From: Zygnema circumcarinatum SAG 698-1b
Taxonomy: Eukaryota; Plantae; Zygnematophyceae
Direction: 5' to 3'
Length of the DNA: 64,000 bases
NCBI GenBank assembly: GCA_037447605.1
Contig: CM074817.1
Location: 1,116,001-1,180,000, forward strand
Shown here one piece after another: positions 50,201 through 64,000 of this stretch (its first letter is position 1; each line of letters starts with the position of its first letter). The notes under the pieces are model-generated. The model was not told the DNA's origin. It did no database searches and worked only from the letters and a program-made list of their open reading frames with translations. The translations under genes and the position numbers were made by a program.

Positions 50201-51871
50201 GTTGCGTCGAGCGAATGAGAGGAAGTTGTGTTTTGTTTGAAGGTACAAGCAGTTGTTCACCAAACGCAGGAGCCTGCTGTGAAAGTGGTAGTGACACCCT
50301 TCTGTTGTCTGTCTGTCGGCTGCAGCTCCCCCGGCAAAAAATGTGCAAACAGTCGGCCGGCTGGTTTTCGCACTGTTGATGTGCTGCATGGCACTGGCAA
50401 ATTAAACGGGGAACAGTTCAACTCCGAGGCAGGATGCAGAATCCTTCGATGACTTCCAGCAGTCTTTAGAACCGGCCCACATTTCGCTGACATCTGCGCA
50501 CTAGTGATGGGTGACGAAGCATGCCGTCCTCCTGAGAAGTGCTATTGTTTGTGTCTCAACAGTGTATATCGGTGTATAGTCAAATCTGTTCTTTCATTAA
50601 GGCAAAATCCAGTTAAGTTTTTTCGAAACAAAGACTCGTCAACATTCATCTCCTTCCATGGCCAGTGGAGATGCATTTTGTTGGCCGAAAGAATGTCGCC
50701 ACCTGTGACCGCCTGCGCAAATAGAAATTGCATGGAGGGGAGCATGAGGGGGTTTGTCTGTCATGAAGTATGGCAGCCGTACCACACTGCGGAGAATCAC
50801 GAGGCCTGGAAGGACATCAGTCCTGACATGGATGTGCCACCTTACATAGTTACACTTGACACACTCAAAGCGCATCGCACTCTGTCCTGCCCTGACCTGT
50901 TGCATAGCCCGTGCCTGTTACATTCTCTTCGCGATGTCTGCATGCTTAAAATTTGACCTTATTGCGTGGTCAATGACATGTCGTCCAAAAGTCCCCCGTT
51001 CTGAGCTACCTCTGGAACCACATCTATCTATCTGCCTGTTGACGGAGAGTGAACGACGTCGCGGCGCTGATTACTGCAGTGGTAGATAGATCTCTGCGTT
51101 CACGTGTTCAATGTGCGGGGGAATCGATGCAGCCTTTTGCCCACCCGAAGCCGGAGAACACAAGGCCTCCGGTTGTGCTCCCTCCCAGTAAAAGCTCGTG
51201 GAATACGCGGTGGAAGAAGTCAAGTGAAACACGAAATGCAGGTCAATAAACGCCTTCATCTCTCCACGCATGATTCCTCCATCCCCTGTCTACGCAGTCT
51301 TCAGCCGCACTGGCAACCCTAATTTCCCGTCGAAAGCAGCAAGCAGCTGCTCCTCAATCTCCGAGAGAGGCCTGAGAGAGAGGAGGGACAGCCAATGCAC
51401 GGTACGCTCTACGGCCAGTTAAACTAAACCAATGGAACCAGCGACTCCATGTATTGATCTCGACTTGTTTCACGGACCTACGAACTGCGAACACATGTGA
51501 AAATTTGACGTTCCATGTCTCGTCCAGAAGCGTCCAGATTCATTCGTGCCCTCTCACTACCGTCCCTCAAATTCAGAGCAAAAACCATCGCCTTACTTTC
51601 CCCGTTTTCGAACGTGGACTTGAATTCAAGCCAATGGCGACTTGCCACGTACGCATATTTGTAAACGTGGCGTCATGTGATTGGCCATGGTCCCCTCCAT
51701 CTTCAACAAAGTGAGGTAGATTGGGCCCGGACTAGCTATCCTTCTCCCAGTCCCTCCCTTGCCCTCTGAAAGCTCGCCCTTTTGCAGACTAGGAAAGCTG
51801 CAAGCAAGCAAGTTTTGGGTGTTATTTTGCAGGTTTTTTCCTTAATATTCTGCAGCGGAAAGCAGGCAGAA

Positions 51872-54031
51872 ATGGCCTGCACGTCTGGCTCGCTCACATG
51901 CGCGGCAATCGCCCCCGCGCTAACCCTAAGGTTGCAAGGAGGGCCAGCCGGCACCGCAGAAGCAGGGACACGTGGAGCCTTGACCAAGCGCCAAGTGGCA
52001 GTGGTTGCAAGAGGACCTGCCTTTTCGTCTTTATTGTTGCAGAGGGAGGAGTTTCAGTGGAAAGGGGAGGGGATTAAGTCACGGAGGAGGGGACGGCTTC
52101 CTGCTGTTTCTGATAGGTATATTTTAATGCCTTTTTTGAGATGGAATTGTTCTTTTTGAGGCTGAATGCGATGCTAAAGGCACTTTATTTGTCTACTGGA
52201 GGTGTTTTTGGAGGGAATGTGTTTCGTTTGTTTGTCCTTAGTTGAGCTTCGAAAGGGAATATTTAATGGTTGCGCTTCTCCCCTTCCTTTTTCGGGAACA
52301 TTGTAATTGCTGCCGAAGGTCCACAGCTAACTTTATGAATTTCCGTTTAAATTTTTGACATTTTGCGGAGTTTGTTCAACATTGTTTTTCCATGCAACTA
52401 AGGCAAGTGTAAAGCAGAAAGCCGAATATGTGTGAATGTTTTATTTTGCTGGCTTCTAACGTAGTAGCCACCAAAGGCCTACGAATTAGTCGAAAAGAAT
52501 GGTTTGCTGGTCTTCCTGCATTAACCCACACGTTGAGATAATAAAACTGAGGATGGTTTTTTCCGAGCTTGAGCTTTGGCTCTTTTTGGAATTACTATGA
52601 TTTTTTTATGTTAAGTAAGTATTGTCTGAAAATGATTTTCTGTTTGCTGAAAAATATTTACAGACCGAGTTGAATGTGCAGTTGATTGATTAAACGGGTA
52701 GTGCTTTGGTCTGTTCTCTCCTTCCTTACGCAGTTTGGCGGAAGTTGAAAGCGATGTGGAGGAGCTTGCTCAACCGGATAATCGTCTGCCTGTCACCGTT
52801 ATTACCGGCTTTCTTGGATCAGGAAAGGTAGTGCTTGCTGTAGGCATTTTTCCGTTCTCTTCGGTTTTATGTTTCTTAAATGCATTCATTTCATTTATGC
52901 ATTATGCCGGTATTAGCAGCTCATCAGCACACCTGCAGGGCTTTCTCTTTAAAAATCATACAAAATCCAAGTGATGCACTGCCTTTTTTTTGTTTTTTAA
53001 TCTTTTTATATTTTGTTGGAAGCAAGTCAATGCAACTTGGCAGCGCCTAATTTGTTGCAAGTGCAATGCATCAAGCAGGATTAATCTACCTTTGGCTTGT
53101 GCTAGAGGAGGCACATGCGCGTTTGAATAAGACTAGGGAATTGACGTTGTACTATGTTGATTTGTGTGGGTCAGACTACTTTGTTGAATCATGTGCTCAC
53201 CGCTGACCATGGCAAGCGCATTGCGGTTGTGGAAAACGAGGTAAGCCAACGCCTGCATGAGAACTTGATATTGGATGACTGTGTCACTCAGTTTTGCATT
53301 GTACGAGCGGAGGATATTTCTTTAACCTTTACATGTTGATTTATCGCCGCTGATGCATACTTTTTTGGAAGGCATTCATTTTCTGAGATTTGCTTGAAAG
53401 GCATATTGAATTACAAAACTGTTGGTCGTTAATGTGAGATTGCAAAACTTTGTTCAAGAGTAGATCTAGCACTGCAGAAAGGTGCAGGGGACGGCAGACA
53501 GAAGTGCTGCCAGTGGGTAGCTCAATTTTTTCACTAGGTTAATGCTTTTTCTCATTATTTTTTTTTTATATTCTCCGTCTGCAATTTCTTCAGTTTGGAG
53601 CGGTGGATGTAGACGGCAGTTTGGTGGCAGCTCAGCAAAATGGAGCAGAGGACATCATCATGCTCCAAAATGGATGCCTCTGTTGCACTGTCAGAGGTGA
53701 TCTTGTTCGCATGCTTGGAGAGCTTGTGGAGACTAAGCGCGACAAATTTGACCATGTTATTATCGAGACCACTGGTGAGTCTTGGAAGGCTATATGTACC
53801 GGATTTTTCTACCATGGCTGGCTATTAGGCGGTCATTTCGTTCATGTTTGCGTCCTTCTAGGGAAGAGTAGGACTCAGGAATTCCTGGCGACTTCTTGAT
53901 TTGAAGCCACTATATATGTATTCCACTACCTTGAGAGTTATGCCTGTATTGCATATCAGTTTTATATTAGTGTTTGATGTAGACTTTATTCTGATGTCTT
54001 TTCAAATGAGTCGAAGGGGGGAGGGGAGAGG

Positions 54032-54097
<66 letters not shown>

Positions 54098-57000
54098 AAA
54101 GAGTGGGGGAAAGAGGGAGGGACAGCAAGAAAGAAAGGAAGTGAGACAGAGAAAAAGGGGGAAGAGAAAGATAGGGAGAGAGACGAGAAAAATTGAGAGG
54201 ACAACAGAGAAAGAGAGAGAGCAAGATGGGGAGAAAGAAAGAGAGAAAAGATACAGAGAGAGAATGAAAGTGAGAAAGAGAGTGCTCACTGTCATGATGG
54301 CTTTCTGAGGTGGTTTTTTTTTGGCTGGCTATTGAGGCAGGTCTTGCAAACCCGGCTCCCATTATTCAAACATTCTTTTTGGAAGACTCGGTTGCGGAGC
54401 ATATGAGGTTGGATGGAGTGGTCACCCTGGTGGATGCCAAGCATATAACAATGCACCTCAATGAGAAGAAACCGGATGGAGTAGTGAACGAGTCTGTGGA
54501 GCAGATCGCTTTTGCCGATCGCATCATCATTAACAAGGTCGGTGTTTCTTCGTTTTTGCAAGGGAGAAACAGTGGCTTCCCTGACATGTAAACTGTGCAG
54601 CCTATGTATCTTTCCACATCCTGTTCAAATACATGGAGGTCAAACCAAGTTCAATTTACTTTACTGTCAATTTAGCAGCCCTCGCTGCAATAGTTAGCAA
54701 GTCGAAACTGCACTGAGAAGATTATTTTTGTACATACAGCGTCACCTGTCATCTGTTAAGCTACGTATAAGCTGTTTACTATGAGCTCAACGTTTTGAAA
54801 AGAGTTTGAAGTTTTCACAAGGGGGGTAGGGAGTGGAGCAATAGGGGGGAGCATACATTTTGGGGACATCAATGGTTTGGGAGCTCCTACTGGAAGGGTA
54901 CTATTGCTGATTTGGATTTTGTTATCTATTGCTGGTGTTTGAGGATGGGCAGGTGGACCTTGTATCTGAACGTGATTTGGATGTTTTGAAGCGACGAATT
55001 AAGGTGTGTTTCATTCTTGTTGCAAATACATGCCTCAATCAGCGTTGTGGACGCTTATCATCAAATCATTTACTTGTCAAATCTTGCTCTTACCAACCGT
55101 CCAACTTTCAAGGTTGAGTGTCCGAAACTGCATAGAGATAATCTTTGAGTTAGGCCTGATATGAGTTGCTCGCTGGCTAGGCTGTTGGACGATTGAATCT
55201 GTTTATTAATCGTTACATTGAGTCACATGCAGAAAATCAATGCATTGGCGAAAGTGCGTACAGCAACTTACAGTTCAGTGGATATGGATTATGTGCTCGG
55301 TGTCGGTGGCTTTGACCTTGAGAGGTGCTTCACTCTCCCCTCTCACTGTCCCTTGTGTCTCAGTACACCATTGAAATGGATATGCATACATTCTAACCAG
55401 CATTGCAAGGAGTTCAACTAGAGAGCTCGCAAGCCAAATGTATGTTAGGTACTAGGGTCCTCCTGCATAGTGACCGTCCTTGATGTTGAAGTGAAATACA
55501 GTACCACTTGCAATATTTTAGCCTAATTAGTTTACCGCTTAAGTGTGTATCAAGATTGCATGGCGAGCTACGGTTGATCATGATCAACATGGCTACGGTT
55601 GATGCAGAGTGGAAAAGGAAGTGAATTCCGAACTGCTGAAGGAGGACGAGCACAGTCATGAACATTCGCATGAACATAGTCACGATCATGAACACGACCA
55701 TGACCATGATCATGAGAACTGCGAGGAATGCAACCACGACCACGGACACGCGCATGGTAAGAGAAGCAGTTGTTAACCAGTGCTATTTGCGACATGTCAG
55801 AGGAGACTGTAGGGTGAGAAGCAGGCTTGGAGTCACTACATGCGTGCTCTTACTTCTGGAAGTCTAGCACTGATTTTCCACTTGACGTTATGACTGCTCG
55901 GCAATCTTTTGATTTTCAAATGCAAGATCTATCTCTACTGACCCTGTCATAAAGCTGTTTTGGATTCCATACCCTGTATACGTCCCAGTCGAACATTTGT
56001 TTCACATTTTTTCCCTTCTTTTGTTGCATGGGGGGTTGGAGCAAAGAAAGGACATAGTTGAGGTGATCATGATTAGGGATTACAGTATGCATTTTGCTGA
56101 TGTTGAGGTGGTGAGCTCCGATGCAGCCCACGATCATCATGACCATCACCATGAACACGAGCATGACCATGTGCATGATCCCGGCGTGTCATCCGTTAGC
56201 ATTGTTTGCGAAGGTGATTTGGACCTTGAAAAGGTACATTACATGGGCCAGCTTAACCTGTCCCATATTCTGCGGTTCATTGTTGAGATGATTTTGGTTC
56301 CGTGAAGAAGTTTCGCTGCTCAATAAGCTTTAGAGCCCTTTGTGAATGCAGTCAAGCAACCGATCCTGTCGACATATGCTTGTCTGTTTTTCAATGAGAT
56401 GTTGCGATATTGGATGAGTCATGAATTTGACCTCTAGACCGCTGGTTGAATAAGTTTTTTGGCTCGACAAATGAATACATTTTCATAATGGGAGGATGCA
56501 GGAGCGTCACGGAGCTATCGGTCTGTACAATTCAGGTGCTAACAGCTTGTGTCTTCGGTTGCTTGGCGGGTACTGCAGATCAATGACTGGCTGGGAGACC
56601 TCCTCGCAGAGCGCAGCGATGACCTATACAGAATGAAGGGCGTACTGGCCATAAAGAAGAGCAGGGAGCGCTTCGTGTTTCAGGTGATTGTTATGACTTT
56701 TCTGGGTTCACATATTTTTTGCATTCAATGAAAGTACCAGGATTTGCCAGTGAATGCCAGTCATCACACTGATGTTCCACTCGGTATTCAGCAACCCCAT
56801 CTGCCCTCCATTTCTTTTGAGATTCAAACGAAGCCTCAACGTGTTGGCTGAAAGCATTCAGAATTGTGAATGCGTCCTTAGGCTATGCATGTCTGTTTGT
56901 CGCGATCCAATGTCTGTCACAAAGGACTTGTAACATGTATCGAGGCCTTTACAGCAAGTACAACTAGTGACTAGTTACTTTGAATCAATAAGTTAATTTA

Positions 57001-57182
57001 TTGTAGGGAACTACCTGTCTGGCTATTGGTGCCAGGGAGTCCATGCCCTCTTTGAAGGCACGCCTGACAGGAGGTGGGGTCCGGACGAGCCGAGAGTGAA
57101 CAAGCTCGTTTTCATTGGAAAGGACTTAGATGAAGCGGAGCTTCGCCGCGGATTTGCGGAATGTCTGGTGTCTCCTCCTTAG
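51872..57182 (+). CDS. CobW/COG0523-family G3E P-loop GTPase metallochaperone (ZNG1-like), probably plastid-targeted
   Basis: PVTVITGFLGSGKTTLLNH, IAVVENEFG, CxCC motif GCLCC, IIETTGLANP, LDGVVTLVDAKH, His-rich insert, RMKGVL, QGVH...NKLVFIGKDL. Multi-exon, with a transit-peptide-like first exon. Confidence 0.95.
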
Positions 57183-58839
57183 ACACCTTCTTAACGGTAA
57201 GGAGGACAACTGAAAAAGGGGAATCTTGAATGTAGACTGGAGACTTTACCAATTTAAGTCATACGAGTATTCTTGAATAGGTTTAGATATGATATGGGAT
57301 TGTCGACCGGTTTTGTGGTGAAGATGGGGCAGGTAGATTTGGGTTGAATGAGTTGGACTGATTGGGCGTAGCACTGCAAAGGAACGGTTTGTCCACTTAG
57401 AGGTCTTGGACTTCTTTTGCAGTTAAAATGTGATGCAGGCGTGGAAACTGCTTGGCCAATAAGAGCTGCCGTATGTTGCGGGTTATATGCATAAAATCTC
57501 GTTCTCATTATTTTTTAGAACTTGGAAGTAGGTCTCTCCAAAATTCGTGAATTATTCATAGATCTGGTTTCCCTGAATTCTGGACGACGCCCGACTCGAA
57601 GGTGTGCGAAATTTTGAAGTTAGGAAAGAATGCCAATGAGCCAACGCTTCCGGTGATGTGTTCTGTCTTTATTACGATGTGTGCCCTTCTTGTCACCCGG
57701 GATACAAGGGCACTTGGACTCGTTGACAGTCGTCACCTAATTTACTGAGTTTTAGCTCAAGAAGTTGATGTAAGGTTGCATACCAAGCTTCGGTTTTTTT
57801 GTATTATTATTAACGCTATACTACCTTGCAGGTGGTGAACACAGTATGTAACTTGTATCCAAATCGATCTGACTCGTGGGTTTCTATCAGGCTGAAAATT
57901 ACTGAGGTCTCATAAAGACTCGACATAAAACTAACTCTCTCTAACTCTGCGACGTGCCATGCGCCTTGTTGAGCGTGAACAGTTTCAAGCAGTCATAACA
58001 GTTCTATGCGAACTCAGTTGAGCGGCTAACTATCGTAGAACTGCATCCAGTATCAAGTCAACAAATCTCTTGGTAACATGTGCCATTCGTACGGCTGTTA
58101 CAGTTAAGAGCTTCGCGTGTCGTCCAGTTTAGCTCTTGTCACAAATATTGTTGGACGCGACGAACGTAAATAGGCAAAATTGAATTTAGAAAAATTACTA
58201 TTTGTACTTAATTTTGGTCTAGATACACACCTTTCAAAAAGCGACCCCCAATACCCTTCAAACCCTACATGATCTGACCAGCGAAAAAGGTGTGTATCTA
58301 GAAAAAGGTGTGAAAATAGCATTTACCTGCTTTTATGAGTTGGATTTGGTTGACAGTTGACCTTCCTGTACTGTTACCGAGTCCAATCTCAGATAGCACC
58401 TGCACCAGAAAACAACCGACTTCCGCCACCGCCCTTGTCCTTGGCCGCGCCACGAAGCCAGGTTCGAGTAGGGCAGAAAAATAACATTTTCGCGAGCAGC
58501 TCGTTGCTCTCATTGGCTCCCTCTGCTAAAAACCCGAAAAACCCTAAAAACCCTAAGCCCACTTTCTTCGCCTGCCCGACTTCTGTACTGCATCGACCTA
58601 CACCTAGGTCGGTCAGCACTAGCGGTCAAGAGTTTTCCCCTACGCCGCCCCGACGCGACACTTGACAACCGACATTCAGCCATCATCCAATGTTGAAAAA
58701 AAAGCCGCGTGGACGCACGGACAGGAAGGCGCCACGTGTCCCACTAGGCGCCAATGCGGACCGTATTCACTGTGAGGTTCGATCTGCAAACATTTTTCAG
58801 TCTTGCAACAGAGTTGCTTGGAGTGAGAGAGGGATGAAG

Positions 58840-59210
58840 GGAGAGAAGGAGAGAGGGAGGGCGGGAGAGAGGGAGTGAGGGAGAGGGAGGGAAGGAGAGA
58901 GGGAGAGAGGGAGGGAGGGAGGGAGGGAGGGAGGAAGGGAGGGAGGGAGGGAGGAGGAGGGAGGGAGGAGGGAGGGAGGGAGGAGGGAGGGAGGAAGGGA
59001 GGGAGGGAGGAAGGGAGGGAGGAGGGAGGAAGGGAGGGAGGGAGGGAGGGAGGGAGGGAGGGAGGGAGAGAGGGAGAGCGAGGGACAGAGGGAAAGAGGG
59101 AGAGAGGGAGGGAGAGAGGTAGTGAGGGAGGGGTAGAGAGAGAGGGGAAGGGGAAGAAAGAGAGGGGGAGGCAAGGAAGAAGGGAGGGAAGGAAGGAGGG
59201 AGGGAGGAAT
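58840..59210. repeat. Purine-rich (GGGA)n tract immediately upstream of the LRR gene start
   Basis: Directly visible. Confidence 0.95.
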
Positions 59211-59234
59211 TTCTAGGTTTGTAAAGCAGAGAGT

Positions 59235-60443
59235 ATGGCGGCGATTGGATGGGCAGTAGTAGCATGTATGGTGGTAGCGCTGGTGAAGGCCGCGTTTCTG
59301 GCGGAGGCGCAAGTGATGCTCCACTCCGGTGACAGTGAGTGGTTCCCTCTGGCACTGCTTGAGGCAGCAGAATGAAACCCTAATTTCTTGGCTTGGAAAG
59401 CGGGAGTGAGGAGGTAAGGGGGAGGTAGAAGGAAACCAGCAGCCGCTTGATGCTGTGAAGGAATGGGGGAGATGAGAGGCTCAGGATGCCATGAAAGCTC
59501 TCTCTCAGAAGCTGTGGTACGCTGCCTTCGCGGGAGGTAGAGCTATTCGTGAGGTTTGACAGAAAAAATGAGTTCTTGTGTACACCTGCACCAATTTTCT
59601 TCGTTCCAAAGTGAACTCCAAGTTGAGATTGACATAGGAATGATGAATTAAAATCGATTTTGAGCTCAATATCACAGATTTGATGTCGGCAAGTCCCTTG
59701 ACGTGATGAAGCACATGAGAGGAAGTTTTGAAAATGATGGAATCCTCGAGTTTAACGGACTCTAGTTGGGATTTGGGGTTATGATTGGCCAAATTCTCAA
59801 AGGAGCTGTCAAGATATCTGAGTCTATTGACCTTATGTTAAGCAATATCTCTATTAGAGGCCACCTCTAGCATCCCATAGGCCGCATGGTTAAATTCCAG
59901 CGCTTCGTCTCACGAATGTGTGGCCTGTCTCTTGCGAATAAGACATTCTTATGTTGTCGTATATCTTTTTGTCTCTTAACATTAATTATTTTTGTCCTTA
60001 GCGGTCATGTGCCTTTCACCTGGCCGCCCTTTCTCAGGCTAGATCTATGTTGCCACTTTGGTTTGTCGCTTAGCTCTTGCCGCAATGTATATAAACCAGC
60101 TTAGGACATTGTATGTTTACCACATTAAATATACATTTTCTCGTGTCATTTTCTCTCCATCCTCATTGTTTTCATACAATGTCCACTCACTCTATTTCAA
60201 TACTGTCGATACGAAATGCAGCCGACGTGTTTGAACATTTGCATGGCTGATCGTGTTCCACCTCGAGATGATCTCACTCTCTTGAATTCGAATATGCGAA
60301 CAATGCTGCATGTGATAAGTTTCTTCAATTGTAGATGTCGGGAAAAACCGAATTTCAGGGCACGCGTGGTTCTTTTGAAGTCCAAGCTGCAAATGTTGGG
60401 AGGAAAAACTATATGGAAGCAGCATTCCTATACTCAACTTGTG

Positions 60444-60518
<75 letters not shown>

Positions 60519-63500
60519 CTTCTTGTGCTTGGAACACACACAGGAGACATTTTATTAACCATAAAGAATTCGTTCAAAAGCACTTCCGTCCTGTCGACAT
60601 GGACGGCGACCAACACAAACTGCAGCTCCTGGGTTGGCCTCACTTGCGACTCTGCAGGCCGAGTCATGCAACTGTAAGCAGTCTTGTTTATGGGAAACAG
60701 GGAAGCTGTGGAGGCCTACCTCTTTCTGCAATTTTCCCACTATTTCCAGCAATTCTGCAGCATATTGTGGCAGAGTGGGGCATTGAAAGAATGCAACTGG
60801 ATTCGTTTTGATTTGTTTTCAATCATTGAATTCAAGAACGGTTTTGCCTGCAACCTGTTTGGAATTATACTTGCAGAGATTTGTGGAGCAAGGGTGTTGG
60901 AGGAGTGATCTCACCTGCTATCGGCGGCCTGGCGAAACTCCAAATTTTGTAGGCTCCATGCCGAGGATTCATACATTCCCAGGAGAGAAATTATATTATA
61001 TATTATATTATGATTATTGTATTGTATTGTATCGCTGCTCCATCAGTCTGATTCTACCTCATAGTGCATCCTCGTTGAAGCTCACAAATTAGGGTTGCTG
61101 GCAGAAACCTTTATCGCAATGGCTTAAGTGGAACCATTCCAGACACAATCGGCAACCTTACAAATCTACAACAGTTGTGCGTATCTTTCCTATAAACTTT
61201 CACCCAATCAACGTTTAACCTTTCAGTGTATGCGGAATGAATCCTACATTGTACAATCGCTCTACAAGGGTTCTTGAAGTTGAAGAGCCCCCCCTCCCCC
61301 ACCACCCGAACTTATGTTGCCCTTATCTTGCCATCCCTCTCTTACTGCTCACAGATACTTGAAAAGCAATCAACTAAATGGCAGCATCCCGGAAACAATC
61401 GGCAACCTCACCAATCTGCAGTGGTTGTAAGTATTCCTTCAGCCTGAAACTCTCACTTTGCTGAGAAGTCGAGAAATCAGCAATTTTGACAAGGCAGACA
61501 TCTGAAAAAAAACTCATGCTTTTATTTTCTGTCTGTCCATCTGCGATTGCTGCCAGATTTCTTGACGTGAACAACCTTACTGGCACCATCCCCCCTGTAC
61601 TCGGCAACCTTGTTAACCTAACGAAGTTGTGAGTTTCATGTTCATGAAGGCCTGCCATGTGCTGACACTGTGGGTTGGGAGAAAGCATATGATGATAAGA
61701 AGCAGACTTAAGGAACCGAAAAAAAAGGGGAAAAAAGGGGAGCCATGGTAAAACTTAAGCATGCATGGTATGCAGCATGCAGCTTTATCAGTAATTTTAT
61801 GAAAGTCCAGCACTCCAAATCACCTTTGTCATACGTAGAATACCCTTTTCAGATGTTCATTCAAACTCAGCCATCACCTTTGCTTGCAGTTTCCTCAACT
61901 ACAATCAGTTAACCGGCACCGTCCCGGAGACGATAGGCAGACTCATCAACCTGCAGGAATTGTGAGTTTTTTTTTTCACGGAGTCCTCCCTTTGAAATTG
62001 CACGTATGATAACGACTTTCTCTCAAAGAGCCATATTGTCCTCTCCTTACTTGCTCTCTCTGTCCCTTCTCCCCCTCTGAATGCCCTCTACCCCAATCTC
62101 CTCTCTTTTCTGATCTTTTCAGCCTGTTCCAACTCCGTGCAGCGGCATGGGCAACAATTACTTGGAGGGAAGACTGTCCAATATCATCGGCAATCTCAAA
62201 AACCTGATACGATTGTGCGATTTTCTGAGTCCATCATGATTAGACCTCGTTTAGAGCCATGCCTTGGATGGCTCGTGAGCCTCTACAAGCTCCCTGCATT
62301 CACAGCAAAGCAGCAATGTGCTCTCTCATCCGACATTCTCACCTCTTCTTGGTTCACTCAATGTCTCCGAACTCTCAAACTTCTTTTCCTTTTTTAGGGT
62401 TTTTAGGGTTAGAGTCCCTCACACGCTGCCGCTCTCATTATCGCCAGGTATATGGACAACAACCGTTTCACAGGCTCCATATATTTGGCAAGCGACTTCC
62501 TTCGCACAGTCACCGTTGAAGGAAATTACTTCTCCGGACCGCTAAACTTCACCAAAAATGGCACAAACTTCTGCTCCATAGTCCGCACCAACTGCCTTTT
62601 CTTCTACGACTCATCCGGAGGCTGCGCAGCTTCCCAGCTTCAGCGGAGCCCTTCAGAGTGCGCGGCATTTTGCAACAGTGCGGATGCCGCCGGTACATGC
62701 AGCGGCCATGGCACGTGCGCGTTCGCCACAACCACATGCAACTGCGATGAGGGATACACATTGGCGCTAGGGACCTGCTCTCCATCCAGTGAGTGGTTTC
62801 TTACTATGGGAGGGATTCTAATGAGGGGCTGATTGATGCTTGGGTTGCAGTCGATCATGCTCAACGAATGGTCCATACAGGGGGTTTATTGATCAGCCAT
62901 CCTAATTCCTATGTATTGCTATCGGTTTTTTGACCGCTGAGATTTGTCGGAGATTTGAAAGTAAGGAATGTAAGGGTTGAACAAAGTTTAGCTGATGCTT
63001 GGGGTGCAGTCGATGCGAGCTTGATAATCTGAGGTGACTCTGAACTAGCATCGTGGTTTGGAGTCACAGTAAAGGATGGGATAGGTCAATGGATTCAAGC
63101 AGTTTACCGAGAGTGGTTGGGTTCGGCATCGCATATACCATTTGGCAAAGCCTTCATTGTAAGCCATATTGAAAGGTTTAAGGGAGTGTTTCTTCAAAAT
63201 CTCTCAACATTTGCCCATGTGAATTGCAGGACCTCCTCCTCCACCACCTCCACCTGTCTCACTAGTAACTGCTGGTATGGAGTCAACTTGAACCTTTGCT
63301 ATTCAAGCTCTTAGAAAAGGTCTTGAGTCTTATACAATAAGGTAGAGTTGAAATCTTGAAATCTTTTAACTCTTGATGATGGTCCACGACAGTTCATGAA
63401 GAATTGGACTTCAAAGGTTCCATAGAAGCTGCATGTGCCTCATTCTTTCCGTGCTCCATTGTAGAATCTACCAAGTCAGAAAAACCTGATGCAGTCAAAA

Positions 63501-63699
63501 GGAGTGTGGTCCTTTTCATTTCGTGAATTCTCAACTTTCTTTCTCGCCCATTGTTCGTTACTCTGTCAGAAAGCGTTCTCTTAAAATTTAAGGCAGCGAT
63601 TTCTAGAGATCCTTCAAACAGACTGGGCGGCTGGACAAGTGGAAGGTCGGCCTGCACGTGGTCAGGAGTGACTTGTCAAAGCAATCGAGTGACTAAAAT
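59235..63699 (+). CDS. LRR-EGF-like receptor/ectodomain gene; continues beyond the window
   Basis: Exons: 59235-59334 signal peptide; 60544-60673 LRRNT (W...CSSWVGLTC); six 72-nt phase-2 LRR exons (60877, 61105, 61355, 61557, 61890, 62143); 62448-62788 LRR+CSGHGTC..CNCDEGY; 63230-63274 Pro-rich linker (less certain); 63570-63699 second LRRNT. Confidence 0.9.
60445..60516. repeat. (GAT)24 microsatellite just upstream of the LRRNT exon acceptor
   Basis: Directly visible. Confidence 0.98.
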
Positions 63700-64000
63700 G
63701 TACGGCCAGCTGACTTGCTCTTGTCCCTTTGCTATTGCGTGATGGAGGGTTTTTTGAGAGATGTTTTCAACCGAAAAAAAATGAAGTGTGCAGAGCTGTA
63801 CAAGTCGACGACCCTAAACCCTAGACCCTAAACCCTAGCTTCAGACTCACTGACATTTTGGGGTATGTGGTCTTCAGGCTGAGCGTCTTTGCTTTAAGCC
63901 TGTCTGGCCAACTGGCACTTTTCTATGCTAAAGAAAGCTGTGAATGAGTCTTTAAAATTACACTTAGAAATATTATCACTTTACATTGGTGAAAGTCAAT

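Noticed and set aside
55607-56233. His-rich tract of CobW as a novelty
   Set aside because: His-rich inserts are a well-known feature of COG0523 proteins.
60335-60811. Poly-Met/poly-His ORFs
   Set aside because: Products of the (GAT)24 microsatellite; the true exon 60544-60673 is in another frame.

Overview
Eukaryotic nuclear DNA from an intron-rich green plant. Gene content (Ycf20, CNX1, plant-type GH31, LRR-EGF receptors) and heavy GA/CT microsatellites suggest a streptophyte alga, but that is inference. The first ~18.7 kb is a nested transposon graveyard: a chromovirus Gypsy end, two Copia elements, a solo LTR, 8-bp-TSD DNA transposons and a long palindrome. It lies over a local segmental duplication that joins a truncated LRR-EGF-TM receptor gene to a second copy of the 3' half of Ycf20. 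The rest is gene-rich: Ycf20, SUMO E2 SCE1, two convergent tRNA-Lys genes, a YihQ-like GH31 glycosidase, CNX1, NAP1, an orphan ORF, a CobW/COG0523 GTPase, and a second LRR-EGF gene whose ectodomain module repeats. The most notable items are a possible in-frame spliced receptor::Ycf20 chimera, a 1.76 kb ATGCAC satellite where LRR exons should be, a TATAGATCCGTAT-terminated transposon family, and a tRNA-Lys pair differing only at the anticodon wobble base. Exon structures were read by eye without RNA data, and several N gaps limit certainty.
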